DNA from: an uncultured Bacilli bacterium
GTDB taxonomy: Bacteria > Bacillota_I > Bacilli_A > RF39 > UBA660
Direction: 5' to 3'
Assembly (NCBI GenBank): GCA_947624115.1
Contig: CANQIS010000002.1
Coordinates: forward strand, 1 to 41,634
DNA length: 41,634 bases
This document shows, in pieces, positions 1-9,164 of this stretch. A model generated the notes under the pieces. It made no database searches. It worked only from the letters and a program-made list of their open reading frames with translations, and was not told where the DNA came from. The translations under genes and the position numbers were made by a program. How positions within the stretch are numbered: position 1 is the stretch's first letter; each line of letters begins with the position of its first letter.

Positions 1-68
1 TTATTTATTAATATTTTTTGTTCACAATTAGGATATAATCTAAACTTATATGCCTTATTTATTATCAT
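1..68 (-). mobile_element. tnpB: IS200/IS605-family TnpB (OrfB) N-terminal fragment, running off the left window edge
   Basis: A minus-strand ATG at 68..66 translates to MIINKAYKFRLYPNCEQKILIN. The KAYKFRxYPNxEQ start is the hallmark N-terminus of TnpB/OrfB_IS605 proteins. Only 22 codons are visible. Confidence 0.5.
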
Positions 69-219
69 GTTAACCACTCATTCCTTTCACTTCGTTCATG
101 GCACACATAGTCATGAAAACAATTGTTTTTCAGACTATCACCACCAAATATGTATTAACATAATAACACACGAAGTTATGTTCGTCAATAATTAATTAAC
201 ATTTTTTAGAAGAAAATTC

Positions 220-492
220 CTAATATATAAAAATAATTTGGTGTCCTTCTTCCTTTAATTTATTAAGAACAGCAACCACACCATCTTTAATTTTAGCATT
301 TTTAATATTACTAGGATAATACTTTCTAGCAAAATCATAATATTTTTCAATTGAAATCCCCAAAACATCTTCATAAGCTAAATTACTTTTTCTTATTAAA
401 TTTTCATCTAAATTAAAATATTTGCAAAAAAAAGGTCTTACATATTCCCATGTATCACAAATTGTATCATCAATATCAATTCCAATTTTCAT
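220..492 (-). pseudogene. Truncated HAD-superfamily phosphatase (5'(3')-deoxyribonucleotidase-like), N-terminal half only
   Basis: HAD motif I is present (KIGIDIDDTI), but the frame stops at ..HQIIFIY*, exactly where motif II is expected. Only about 150 nt remain before the tnpB start, too little for the missing C-terminal half. Confidence 0.5.
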
Positions 493-502
493 ATAGAATC
501 AA

Positions 503-1057
503 CTACTTCATAAGAAGCCTTAAAGCTTCTTTAATTTGATTCTCTATTGTATCATTTTGTGATACATTTGTTAATACTTTCTTAATATCGACCGGTTTAT
601 AACCTAAAGATTTTAAAGCTTCCATTAATTCTTCATTATGAGATTCACTACTATTTTCCTCACTTGATACTAATTTGCCTTTTAAATCCAAAATAATTTG
701 ACGTGCAACTTTATCACCTATTTTGGGAAATTTTTTCAAATAATTTATATTTTCATTTTCAATAGCTTGTATAATACCATCTACGGCTCCATTTGCTAAC
801 ATAGGCAATGCCATCTTACAACCTAATCCTTTAACCTCTATTAACTTTAAAAACATATTTTTTTCTTCTTTTGATTTAAAACCATATAAAGTAAGTTCAT
901 CTTCACGAACATTTTGATATAAATAAATAATCACCTCACTATTTAAAGCAAATGAATATGGATTTGCTGTATATACTAAATATCCAATATCATTATTATC
1001 AATTACCACATAATTACTCTCAACATCAACAATTTTTCCCTTTATATACGAATACAT
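503..1057 (-). CDS. ruvA: Holliday junction branch migration complex subunit RuvA
   Basis: It has the typical RuvA N-terminus (MYSYIKGKIV..), helix-hairpin-helix region (VKGLGCKMAL, FPKIGDKVARQI) and C-terminal domain III. I prefer the start at 1057 (SD GGGGATGGTG upstream) over the track start at 1072. Confidence 0.9.
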   Translation of the reverse strand: MYSYIKGKIVDVESNYVVIDNNDIGYLVYTANPYSFALNSEVIIYLYQNVREDELTLYGFKSKEEKNMFLKLIEVKGLGCKMALPMLANGAVDGIIQAIENENINYLKKFPKIGDKVARQIILDLKGKLVSSEENSSESHNEELMEALKSLGYKPVDIKKVLTNVSQNDTIENQIKEALRLLMK

Positions 1058-1075
1058 AAACACCATCCCCAAAAT

Positions 1076-1104
1076 ATTGTATCAAAATAGTAAATTTAAA
1101 TCAA
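1076..1104 (-). promoter_or_regulatory. Sigma-A-type promoter candidate for ruvA
   Basis: The minus strand reads TTGATT (1104..1099), a 17-nt spacer, then TACAAT (1081..1076). It lies downstream of the HerA terminator. Confidence 0.45.
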
Positions 1105-1165
1105 TTATGAATAACCACCTCTACATATATTATAATATTTTCTTTGCAAAAATCCTTTTTTAATT

Positions 1166-1195
1166 AAAAAAACACGAAATTTTAATTTCATGTTA
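1166..1195 (-). terminator. Rho-independent terminator after the HerA-like gene
   Basis: On the minus strand, AACATGAAATT-AA-AATTTCGTGTT forms an 11-bp stem with one G-U pair, followed by TTTTT. It sits directly after the stop codon at 1196. Confidence 0.7.
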
Positions 1196-2968
1196 TTATC
1201 TTCTATCAACAAACCATACAGTACTTAAATCACAACTACTACTATCTGGTGCAGGATTTGGCATTGTAAATTTCAACATAACAGGAATATGGAATGCTGT
1301 TCCAAATGCAACACCTGTTCCTGGCTGTAAACTTTTTATTTTAGATAGCCAACCTGATGACATATTAGGTATTAAATCCTTTATGTAATTTATATCTCTT
1401 GGATGAACCATTTTAAAAACAATAAAATTAGAACATTGTGAAATAACAGTTTCTGACAATTCCGATGGTCTTTGAGAAATTAAACCTAATAAAACACCAT
1501 ATTTTCTACCTTCCTTAGAAATTCTCTCAAAAATATTATAACCCAAAATATCTTTATCATGATCATCTTGAATATAACGATGCGCCTCTTCCAAGAAAAT
1601 GTGAAAAGGTAATGCATTTCTTCTACTTACATCTTTTGAATAATCAAATAACAATTTAGAATAAATTTTAACAATATTTTTAGCCAAACGATCCTCAACA
1701 TAATTAATACTAAAATTTATAATTTGCGCTTTTTTACCATTTTCAGCTGTCATTAAATTTCTAATATATTGAGTTTTTGTAACATATTCTGGATATTCAA
1801 AAAATACCCTTTCTTTACTATTTGCTAAAGAATGTAACCTAACCCTTAAAATGTTAGCGTCATCATAAACCTTATCACTTTTTAAACTACCCTCAGAAAT
1901 TAAAGCAAAATCAAAAGCATCTTTTAAATCATCTAAAGTATACATAAAAGTACCATCAGGTAAAACTAATTCATACTCATCAGTTAAAAAACTTTCGATA
2001 AATGAAATAATTAATTCCATATCACGAATTTTACCACTCGCATCTATTAATAAACACTGTCTTAATGGTCTTGTATAACCAGGTTGAAAAACTGGAGTTT
2101 CAAGATTTAATTCACTAGTATTATAACGTGACAAAATAGACAAAACTTGATCTCTTATTTGCGAAGAAGGTCTACCACTAGATAATATTTCTAATAACGC
2201 ACGAGCAATTACATCGTTTTTATGCTTAATTACTTCCTTTTCTTCCTTAGTAAATACAGTTACAAATTTTAATGTTTTTTCAATAATCGATAACTGACTA
2301 ATTTTTTCAGCACCTAATAATAAAGCATAATCATCTACACTTAATAACCATAAAGGTATTTTCAAAACATTAGTATCCTCAAAATACGTATTAGTAGTAT
2401 ATGTTTTCAAATTAATTTCTTGACTACTATCTGTTATTGCCTTAAAAGCATTATGATATTCGCCATATGCATCAAAAATAAAAATACTAGATTTATACGC
2501 AATTGAGTTTTGCTTATTAAATAAATTTTGAATTATTCTTGATAAACAGCTAGATTTACCACTACCAGTACTACCTAAAATTGCAAAATGATTACTAAAA
2601 AAATCATTTATTTTTACACCGACTTTTAAACCATCATAAAGTGCACTTTCAGCTAAATATATATGTTGACGATCAGAATAATTAGTAATTCCTACTACCA
2701 AATTCATTATATCTTTATTAACAAGTCTTACAGAAGACGAAAAAGAAGGATTTTTAATAATACCAGGTACAAATTTATCACCTTCAAATTCACCAAGTAA
2801 ATTTATATGCGCAATTTCATCCTTTACATTAGCTACTTCTCCTATTATTTTTCTTTCTTGATCTTGAACCAAAACATATAAATTAACTATATTTTGAAAT
2901 CTATTTAAATCAATACTTAACTTTAATAATAATTCATTATCATAATAACCAACTATATTACCTAACAT
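1196..2968 (-). CDS. HerA/FtsK-like (DUF87-type) P-loop ATPase, stand-alone
   Basis: This 590-aa ORF has a Walker A motif (GSTGSGKSS), a Walker B region (FHIFLEEAHRY) and an N-terminal barrel-like region before the ATPase core, as in HerA. SD AGGTAGGGG lies upstream. Confidence 0.8.
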   Translation of the reverse strand: MLGNIVGYYDNELLLKLSIDLNRFQNIVNLYVLVQDQERKIIGEVANVKDEIAHINLLGEFEGDKFVPGIIKNPSFSSSVRLVNKDIMNLVVGITNYSDRQHIYLAESALYDGLKVGVKINDFFSNHFAILGSTGSGKSSCLSRIIQNLFNKQNSIAYKSSIFIFDAYGEYHNAFKAITDSSQEINLKTYTTNTYFEDTNVLKIPLWLLSVDDYALLLGAEKISQLSIIEKTLKFVTVFTKEEKEVIKHKNDVIARALLEILSSGRPSSQIRDQVLSILSRYNTSELNLETPVFQPGYTRPLRQCLLIDASGKIRDMELIISFIESFLTDEYELVLPDGTFMYTLDDLKDAFDFALISEGSLKSDKVYDDANILRVRLHSLANSKERVFFEYPEYVTKTQYIRNLMTAENGKKAQIINFSINYVEDRLAKNIVKIYSKLLFDYSKDVSRRNALPFHIFLEEAHRYIQDDHDKDILGYNIFERISKEGRKYGVLLGLISQRPSELSETVISQCSNFIVFKMVHPRDINYIKDLIPNMSSGWLSKIKSLQPGTGVAFGTAFHIPVMLKFTMPNPAPDSSSCDLSTVWFVDRR

Positions 2969-2991
2969 ATAATCCCCTACCTTACTATATA

Positions 2992-3020
2992 AGTATACAA
3001 TTAAAAATAAACAAAATCAA
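2992..3020 (-). promoter_or_regulatory. Sigma-A-type promoter candidate for the HerA-like gene
   Basis: The minus strand reads TTGATT (3020..3015), a 17-nt spacer, then TATACT (2997..2992). Confidence 0.5.
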
Positions 3021-3042
3021 CTCATTAAAAAAGAAAATAAAA

Positions 3043-4023
3043 TTATATTATTTCTTTTCTAATAAAAACATCAACATTATCAATTGTATAAATATTTAAA
3101 TGCGTTTTATTCTTTACATTGACAAATCCTATTCCATTAATAACTACATCACTATTATTAGGAATATCTAAACTAATTAATTTCAAATCACTTAATTCAA
3201 CATTTTTAAACAATCTTTCTATCTTTAATTGATTAGAAAAATAAAAAGTTAAATTACAATTTTCCAAACATTCAATTTTAATAATATTCTCAATATATAT
3301 ATATTGTTTACCTTTTATTTGATACGTTATTGGTTTTATTTCCTTTTTAGGAAAAACTTTTTTCAAAATACTATTATCTAAATAATTACAAATATTACCA
3401 TTATCAATAATACCCGGTGTATCAATTAAATTTAAACTATCATTTATTTTAATTTTAATTGTATCTAATGTTGTTGAAGGCAAAATACTAGTTGTAATTT
3501 TCATATCTAAATCAGTATAATTATAAATTATTTTATTTATTAAAGTAGATTTGCCAGAATTAGTAAGTCCCACCACATAAACATTATTAGAATTTTTATA
3601 ATTATTTATTTTTTCAAATAACAAATCAAAATTATAATTTTTATTAGAACTAATTATAATTTTATCTATACATTTAATAGAAATACTATTTAATAATTTC
3701 AAATCACTTATTTTATAAGAAAAAATATCTCTCTTAGACAAAACCAACAATATATTATTAGTTAATTTATTAACTAAATTAACTATTTCACTACTATAAT
3801 TTAATAAATCTACAACCAATAAAACCAAATCATTAGTTTTATTTATATTACTAATAATATAATAAAAATCATCAATTGTTTTATCAACTTTTTGATACTC
3901 ATTATAATTTCTTATTCTAAAACAACGTTCACATAGTTTACCTTCTATATTATTAGAAAAACCTAACTCAGCTTTATTAATGTTTTGTAAAGTAATACCA
4001 CAACCTATACATTTACAATTCAT
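3043..4023 (-). CDS. yqeH: Ribosome biogenesis GTPase YqeH (circularly permuted GTPase)
   Basis: It has an N-terminal zinc knuckle (CIGCG...CERC). The GTPase motifs are in permuted order: SKRD (G4), GLTNSGKST (G1), DTPG (G3). It overlaps yqeG by 11 nt, as in Bacillus. Confidence 0.85.
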   Translation of the reverse strand: MNCKCIGCGITLQNINKAELGFSNNIEGKLCERCFRIRNYNEYQKVDKTIDDFYYIISNINKTNDLVLLVVDLLNYSSEIVNLVNKLTNNILLVLSKRDIFSYKISDLKLLNSISIKCIDKIIISSNKNYNFDLLFEKINNYKNSNNVYVVGLTNSGKSTLINKIIYNYTDLDMKITTSILPSTTLDTIKIKINDSLNLIDTPGIIDNGNICNYLDNSILKKVFPKKEIKPITYQIKGKQYIYIENIIKIECLENCNLTFYFSNQLKIERLFKNVELSDLKLISLDIPNNSDVVINGIGFVNVKNKTHLNIYTIDNVDVFIRKEII

Positions 4024-4537
4024 AATATCTTCCTTTAGAAAAAAGATTTTTATTACGTAATTTTTTCATAATCATTCTCTCTCTAAATCTATTAAACTTA
4101 GTAATAAAAAAATCTTTATTACTTATCGGATTAACTAATACCGTTAATATTCCAACCTTATTTCCACCAACAATATCCGTTAATATTTGATCACCTATAA
4201 TAGCTACTTCATTTACATTAAAATTATATTCTTTCATTATTAATAAAAATTTAGTTTTTTGAGGCTTTCTAGCAAAAGCACAACAATCAACATTTAATTC
4301 TTCTTTAAATGGTTTCAATCTTTTTTTAGTACTATTTGAAAAAATAATAACCTTAAAACCCATCTTCTGCAAATTAGAAAACAATTCTTTTAATTTTTCC
4401 GTAGGAATTTTATCAATAACTGGAACAAGTGTATTATCTAAATCAAACAAAAGACACTTTATCCCTTTATTTAATAATTTTGAATAATCTATTGTATAAA
4501 TACTTTGTTGATACATATCAGGAATATATTTTTCCAT
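4013..4537 (-). CDS. yqeG: YqeG-family HAD phosphatase
   Basis: It has HAD motif I (LLFDLDNTL) and a C-terminal GDQILTDI motif. SD AGGAGG lies 7 nt upstream of the ATG at 4537, so the track start at 4555 sits inside the SD region. Confidence 0.8.
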   Translation of the reverse strand: MEKYIPDMYQQSIYTIDYSKLLNKGIKCLLFDLDNTLVPVIDKIPTEKLKELFSNLQKMGFKVIIFSNSTKKRLKPFKEELNVDCCAFARKPQKTKFLLIMKEYNFNVNEVAIIGDQILTDIVGGNKVGILTVLVNPISNKDFFITKFNRFRERMIMKKLRNKNLFSKGRYYEL

Positions 4538-4617
4538 GGTCCAGCCTCCTACCATAATAACATTTTATCACACATCAATATTATTATCAATTACTTTCAA
4601 AACAAATTAATAACAAA

Positions 4618-4645
4618 ATAAAAATAGAGAAATTTATATTTCCCT
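4618..4645 (-). terminator. Rho-independent terminator after pilin gene 1
   Basis: On the minus strand, GGGAAAT-ATAA-ATTTCTC forms a 7-bp stem with one G-U pair, followed by a T-rich tract (TATTTTTATTTT). Confidence 0.5.
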
Positions 4646-4662
4646 ACATATTACATATTTTA

Positions 4663-5523
4663 CTATTTTTTTCCATTTACATAATTTTCTAAAAGTGTTA
4701 CATCATCACTATCAATAAATCCATCACCATTAAAATCACTAGCATACATTCCATAATCATTACCATTACCATCAGTAAAATGTACAACTATAACACTTAA
4801 ATCATATCCTGCAAGACATCTTCGAATAAATGCTAAGTCTAAAATGTTTGTTACACCATCACCATTAATATCTGCATCTTTCTCATTTACACCTACGGAA
4901 TCTCCAGATAATAGTCCATTAAGCAATTCTAAATCTTTTTCATCAGTTACACCATCCTTATTTAAATCAGCAAAATCATTAGGACAATTTGCATTATTTG
5001 CAAGAAAATCTTTTAATTTTGATACATCACTATTATCAACTTTTCCATCACCATTAACATCACCTATTAAACGCGAATTACATTTACCCATAACTGAATT
5101 ATAATCTTCATTACTTGTATAATACTTATTACCATATTCTGCATCACAATATATAGACACATATTGACTATAATAATCATCATAATAAATTTTTATTGTC
5201 CCTTGCATATTCTTGTTCCCATTTAATGGATTTTTAACATCTTCATTTTTCAACAATCCACTCTGTTGTAATTCTGAAACACTTAATGTAATTGGTTCAT
5301 TAGCAAATGTTGCATTTGGTAATTCATTATCATTTGATGCTGCCCAGTTATCAGCTGCACTTAAAAGCCTATCAACTTGTTCAGCATACAATTTTTCTTT
5401 CGAATCATTTATTGAATTTAAAATAGATGGAATCGCAATTAAACCTAAAATAGCTAAAATAACAATCACAGCTAACAATTCAATTAAAGTAAATCCATTC
5501 GTCCTTTTATTATCTTTCATCAT
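4663..5523 (-). CDS. Type IV pilin-like (prepilin N-terminus) protein with two C-terminal dockerin-type modules
   Basis: The prepilin motif is KRTNG|FTLIELLAVIVILAILGLIAIP. The C-terminus has four DxNxDGxxxxxD calcium-loop repeats (DVNGDGKVDNSD, DLNKDGVTDEKD, DINGDGVTNILD, DFNGDGFIDSDD), arranged as two dockerin-like pairs. Confidence 0.8.
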   Translation of the reverse strand: MMKDNKRTNGFTLIELLAVIVILAILGLIAIPSILNSINDSKEKLYAEQVDRLLSAADNWAASNDNELPNATFANEPITLSVSELQQSGLLKNEDVKNPLNGNKNMQGTIKIYYDDYYSQYVSIYCDAEYGNKYYTSNEDYNSVMGKCNSRLIGDVNGDGKVDNSDVSKLKDFLANNANCPNDFADLNKDGVTDEKDLELLNGLLSGDSVGVNEKDADINGDGVTNILDLAFIRRCLAGYDLSVIVVHFTDGNGNDYGMYASDFNGDGFIDSDDVTLLENYVNGKK

Positions 5524-5557
5524 GATTTAAACATCTCCCTTTCATTATGATACCTAA

Positions 5558-5586
5558 ATTATAACACTAATAATTAATAATTGCAA
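5558..5586 (-). promoter_or_regulatory. Sigma-A-type promoter of pilin gene 1 (paralogous to 20234..20262)
   Basis: The minus strand reads TTGCAA (5586..5581), a 17-nt spacer, then TATAAT (5563..5558). The leader down to the ATG is nearly identical to that of pilin gene 2. Confidence 0.65.
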
Positions 5587-5653
5587 TACTATTAATACTA
5601 TTTTCAGTTTTGTTTACACAAAAAAAAGACAAAAAAGTTCTTAACTTAATTGT

Positions 5654-7207
5654 CTATTTAGCTTCTTCAACAGCTCTAACTTCTCTTATAACTGTTACTT
5701 TAATTGTACCAGGATATTGTAATTGAGATTCAATTTTACTTTTAATATCACGTGCTATTTTATAACTTTCTACATCATCAATTTCATCAGGCTTAACAAT
5801 TACACGTAACTCTCTTCCTGCTTGAACCGCAAATGATTTTTCAACACCATTAATATCACTAGCAATTGCTTCTAACTCTTCAAGACGCTTTACATAATTT
5901 TCTAATGAATCATTACGCGCCCCAGGTCTAGATGCAGACAATGTGTCAGCAATCGCCACAATTTCTGAAATAACATAATTTGATTTTTTATCACCATGAT
6001 GCGATTCAATCGCATTAATAACAACATCACTCTCTTTATATTTTTTAGCAAGTTCGGCACCAATCACCACATGACTACCTTCAATTTCATGATCAATAGC
6101 TTTACCAATATCATGCAATAAACCAGCTCTTTTAGCCATATTTTGATTTTCACCAATTTCAGCAGCAATAATTCCAGAAATTTGTGCAACTTCAATTGAA
6201 TGTTTTAATGCATTTTGACCATAACTAGTTCTAAAATGTAATTTACCAATCAACTCAATAAGCTCTGGTTCCATTTTCGTAATTCCTAGTTCAAATAATG
6301 CTGATTGACCATATTCTAAAACCCTTTCTCGCATTTCTTTAGCTGTTTTATCATACAATTCCTCAATTCTAGTTGGATGAATTCGTCCATCTTTAATTAA
6401 ATTTTCAATCGTCACACGAGCTATTTCACGGCGATATGGATCAAAACTTGATAAAACAATTGCTTCTGGAGTATCATCAATAATTAAATCAACGCCAGTT
6501 ACTGCCTCAATCGTTCTAATATTTCTTCCCTCTCGACCAATAATTCTACCTTTCATATCATCATTCGGTAAATTTACAACTGTCACCGTTTGATCATTAG
6601 CAACATCACCAGCATATTTTTGCATCGATGAAACTAATAAATTTTTTGCAATTTTATCAGCTTCCAATTTTGCTTCTGCCTCACGATCCTTAATATAAGC
6701 TGATATTTCTAACGACATCATTTCTTCAACTTTTTTCATAACTAAATCTTTAGCTTGTGTTTTTGAAAAACCAGCAATTTTCTCTAATAATTCAATTTGT
6801 TCTTTTTTAATTTCCTCCACTTTTTCTTGTTCTTTTTGGATATCTTTTTGTCTATTGATTAAACTATTTTCCTTATCTTCTAACATTTGTTCACGATTCT
6901 GTAGAGTCTGATCCCTTCTATCCATATTATTTTCTCTAGATAACAATCTTTCTTCAGTCTCTTTAATTTCATTTTTTTTCTCTTTAACAAATTGTTCTGT
7001 TTCTTTTTTTATCTTATATGATTCTTCTTTAGCTTCCAAAATTTGTTCTTTCTTAACCTTTTCAGCCTCTTTTTTTGCCTTATCAATAATCATTTCAGCA
7101 TTTTTAGTTGCTAAAGTACCCTTTATATAATTAAAAATCACAATTATAGTTACACCGACAATTATTCCAATAAGTACTAGTAAAATGGAGAAAGCCATAT
7201 CATTCAT
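5654..7207 (-). CDS. rny: Ribonuclease Y
   Basis: It has an N-terminal TM helix, a K/E-rich coiled coil, a KH domain ([12 protein letters not shown]) and an HD domain ([14 protein letters not shown]). SD GGAGG lies 6 nt upstream. Confidence 0.95.
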   Translation of the reverse strand: MNDMAFSILLVLIGIIVGVTIIVIFNYIKGTLATKNAEMIIDKAKKEAEKVKKEQILEAKEESYKIKKETEQFVKEKKNEIKETEERLLSRENNMDRRDQTLQNREQMLEDKENSLINRQKDIQKEQEKVEEIKKEQIELLEKIAGFSKTQAKDLVMKKVEEMMSLEISAYIKDREAEAKLEADKIAKNLLVSSMQKYAGDVANDQTVTVVNLPNDDMKGRIIGREGRNIRTIEAVTGVDLIIDDTPEAIVLSSFDPYRREIARVTIENLIKDGRIHPTRIEELYDKTAKEMRERVLEYGQSALFELGITKMEPELIELIGKLHFRTSYGQNALKHSIEVAQISGIIAAEIGENQNMAKRAGLLHDIGKAIDHEIEGSHVVIGAELAKKYKESDVVINAIESHHGDKKSNYVISEIVAIADTLSASRPGARNDSLENYVKRLEELEAIASDINGVEKSFAVQAGRELRVIVKPDEIDDVESYKIARDIKSKIESQLQYPGTIKVTVIREVRAVEEAK

Positions 7208-7253
7208 AATATACCTCCATTTATTCTATAAACATAAAAAATGTTCTAAATTA

Positions 7254-7282
7254 ATTGTAAAGGTTATAAACCAATAAGTCAA
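7254..7282 (-). promoter_or_regulatory. Sigma-A-type promoter candidate for rny
   Basis: The minus strand reads TTGACT (7282..7277), a 17-nt spacer, then TACAAT (7259..7254). Confidence 0.55.
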
Positions 7283-7329
7283 GTTATAATTTTTTTTAAA
7301 AGTAAAATTATAGAAAAAAGTAGAAAATT

Positions 7330-8379
7330 TTACTCTTCTACCTTATTTAACTTAGCATCTTTTTGTGACTGTTCTTTACTATTGCCATCAATTTCATAAT
7401 ATGAACGAACTTTTTGTTCTAATTCCTCTTTTAATTTAATATTAGTCTTTAACAACTCTTTAACATTTTCTTTTCCTTGTCCTAATTTTTCTCCATTATA
7501 AGAATACCAAGCACCAGTTTTTTCAATAATTCCGACTTCACTTGCTAAATCGACAATTTCACCTTCAATAGAAACACCCTCACCATACATAATATCTACA
7601 CTACAGCTTTTAAATGGTGGAGCCATTTTATTTTTTACTACTTTAATACTTGTCTTATTACCAATAATATCGGTACCTAATTTAATTTGTTCTGATCTTC
7701 TAATTTCTAAACGAACTGAAGCATAAAATTTTAAAGCTCTTCCACCTGGCGTCGTTTCTGGATTACCAAACATAACACCAACTTTTTCACGCAATTGATT
7801 AATAAAAATAGCAATAGTATTAGTTTTACTGATAACACCAGATAATTTTCGCAAAGCTTGACTCATTAATCGAGCTTGTAATCCAACATGAGTATCACCC
7901 ATTTCACCTTCAATTTCAGCTTGTGGTACTAAAGCAGCTACTGAATCAATTACAATAACACTAATTGCGCCACTACGAACTAAAGCTTCACAAATTTCAA
8001 GTGCTTGTTCACCATTATCAGGTTGAGATAACAATAAATCATTAATATTTACACCTAATTTTGAAGCATACTGTGGATCTAAGGAATGCTCAGCATCAAT
8101 AAAAGCTGCTCTTCCTCCTTTTTTTTGAGCTTCCGCAATAGCGTGTAAAGCAAATGTTGTCTTACCACTAGATTCAGGACCATATATTTCAATAATTCTT
8201 CCCTTTGGATAACCACCAATACCTAATGCAATATCCAAAGACAATGAACCACTTGAAATTGTATCGATTTCTCTATGTTCATGGTCTCCTAATTTCATAA
8301 CAGCTCCTTTACCGAACTGTTTTTCTATATCGAGTAACACTTGATCTAATGTCTTATCAGTTGTTGTTTTTGTTGCCAT
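7330..8379 (-). CDS. recA: Recombinase RecA
   Basis: The RecA sequence is highly conserved throughout, including Walker A (GPESSGKTT) and the L1/L2 loop regions. Confidence 0.98.
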   Translation of the reverse strand: MATKTTTDKTLDQVLLDIEKQFGKGAVMKLGDHEHREIDTISSGSLSLDIALGIGGYPKGRIIEIYGPESSGKTTFALHAIAEAQKKGGRAAFIDAEHSLDPQYASKLGVNINDLLLSQPDNGEQALEICEALVRSGAISVIVIDSVAALVPQAEIEGEMGDTHVGLQARLMSQALRKLSGVISKTNTIAIFINQLREKVGVMFGNPETTPGGRALKFYASVRLEIRRSEQIKLGTDIIGNKTSIKVVKNKMAPPFKSCSVDIMYGEGVSIEGEIVDLASEVGIIEKTGAWYSYNGEKLGQGKENVKELLKTNIKLKEELEQKVRSYYEIDGNSKEQSQKDAKLNKVEE

Positions 8380-8409
8380 AAATTTTTCCTCCTAACACTT
8401 ACAAGACTC

Positions 8410-8438
8410 ATTTTACACTATCTTTTTTAGGTTGTCAA
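8410..8438 (-). promoter_or_regulatory. Sigma-A-type promoter of recA
   Basis: The minus strand reads TTGACA (8438..8433), a 17-nt spacer, then TAAAAT (8415..8410). Confidence 0.6.
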
Positions 8439-8447
8439 TACTTTTTG

Positions 8448-8461
8448 CGAAATTTTGTTCG
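8448..8461. promoter_or_regulatory. LexA (Cheo/SOS) box-like operator upstream of the recA -35
   Basis: The minus strand reads CGAACAAAATTTCG, against the Bacillus-type consensus CGAAC-N4-GTTCG. There is one mismatch in the right arm. Confidence 0.45.
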
Positions 8462-8533
8462 TTTCGGATTTTCTATTTCTGCATCATTTGTTTAACAAAA
8501 AAATCGATTTATACTACAATAAATCAATTTCTG

Positions 8534-9148
8534 TTATATATTTTCTACAGATTTTTCATTTTGAAACAATAAATCTTTATTCATATAATAATATTGAACA
8601 CCAGATATTAATGATAAAATAGCAGCAACAATCAATAACACATCAGAAACTTTAATATTCCATAATTCAAATGGTAAATTATAAAATAAAGTCAAAGCAA
8701 TACCACACATCAAACAAACAGTTTTAATCTTACCACTTTTTATCGCAGCAACCACCCTTCCATGATTACCAGCTACCATCTTAATAGAATTAACTACACT
8801 ATCTCTAGTAATAACAATAACAGGAATTATTGGATGAATAAAACCACTAGCCGATAATATTATCAAAACAGAATTTACTAAAACTTTGTCAGCTATAGCA
8901 TCCATAACCTTTCCAAAATCAGTTACTAAATTATATTTTCTGGCTATACGACCATCTAAAAAATCTGTAATAGAAGCTAAAATAAATAATACACCTGCTA
9001 TTAAATATTTAACATCAACAACTAATGCTTCACTTACAAACAATTTAGGTAAAGCAATTCCTGCTGCATCAAACGGAAAAATCAAAATTAAAATAATGAT
9101 AAATGCCATAACTATCCTAACTATCGTAAGTTTATTTGGTAAATTCAT
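8534..9148 (-). CDS. pgsA: CDP-diacylglycerol--glycerol-3-phosphate 3-phosphatidyltransferase
   Basis: The CDP-alcohol phosphatidyltransferase motif is present (DFLDGRIARKYNLVTDFGKVMDAIADK) and the protein is multi-TM. SD GGAGGT lies upstream of the ATG at 9148, so the track start at 9163 falls within the SD. Confidence 0.9.
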   Translation of the reverse strand: MNLPNKLTIVRIVMAFIIILILIFPFDAAGIALPKLFVSEALVVDVKYLIAGVLFILASITDFLDGRIARKYNLVTDFGKVMDAIADKVLVNSVLIILSASGFIHPIIPVIVITRDSVVNSIKMVAGNHGRVVAAIKSGKIKTVCLMCGIALTLFYNLPFELWNIKVSDVLLIVAAILSLISGVQYYYMNKDLLFQNEKSVENI

Positions 9149-9164
9149 ATACCTTACCTCCATT

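Noticed and set aside
1196-4023. The HerA-like gene considered as part of a two-gene SIR2-HerA, DUF4297-HerA or NurA-HerA system with the upstream ORF
   Set aside because: The upstream ORF is clearly the housekeeping GTPase YqeH, with a zinc knuckle and permuted G motifs. It overlaps yqeG as in the conserved operon. The HerA-like gene has its own promoter.
4844-5530. Plus-strand ORFs 4844..5104 and 5213..5530, antisense to pilin gene 1
   Set aside because: They lie entirely inside a well-supported minus-strand gene. Their S/P/F-rich sequence is low complexity, they lack an SD, and they are typical shadow ORFs of AT-rich DNA.
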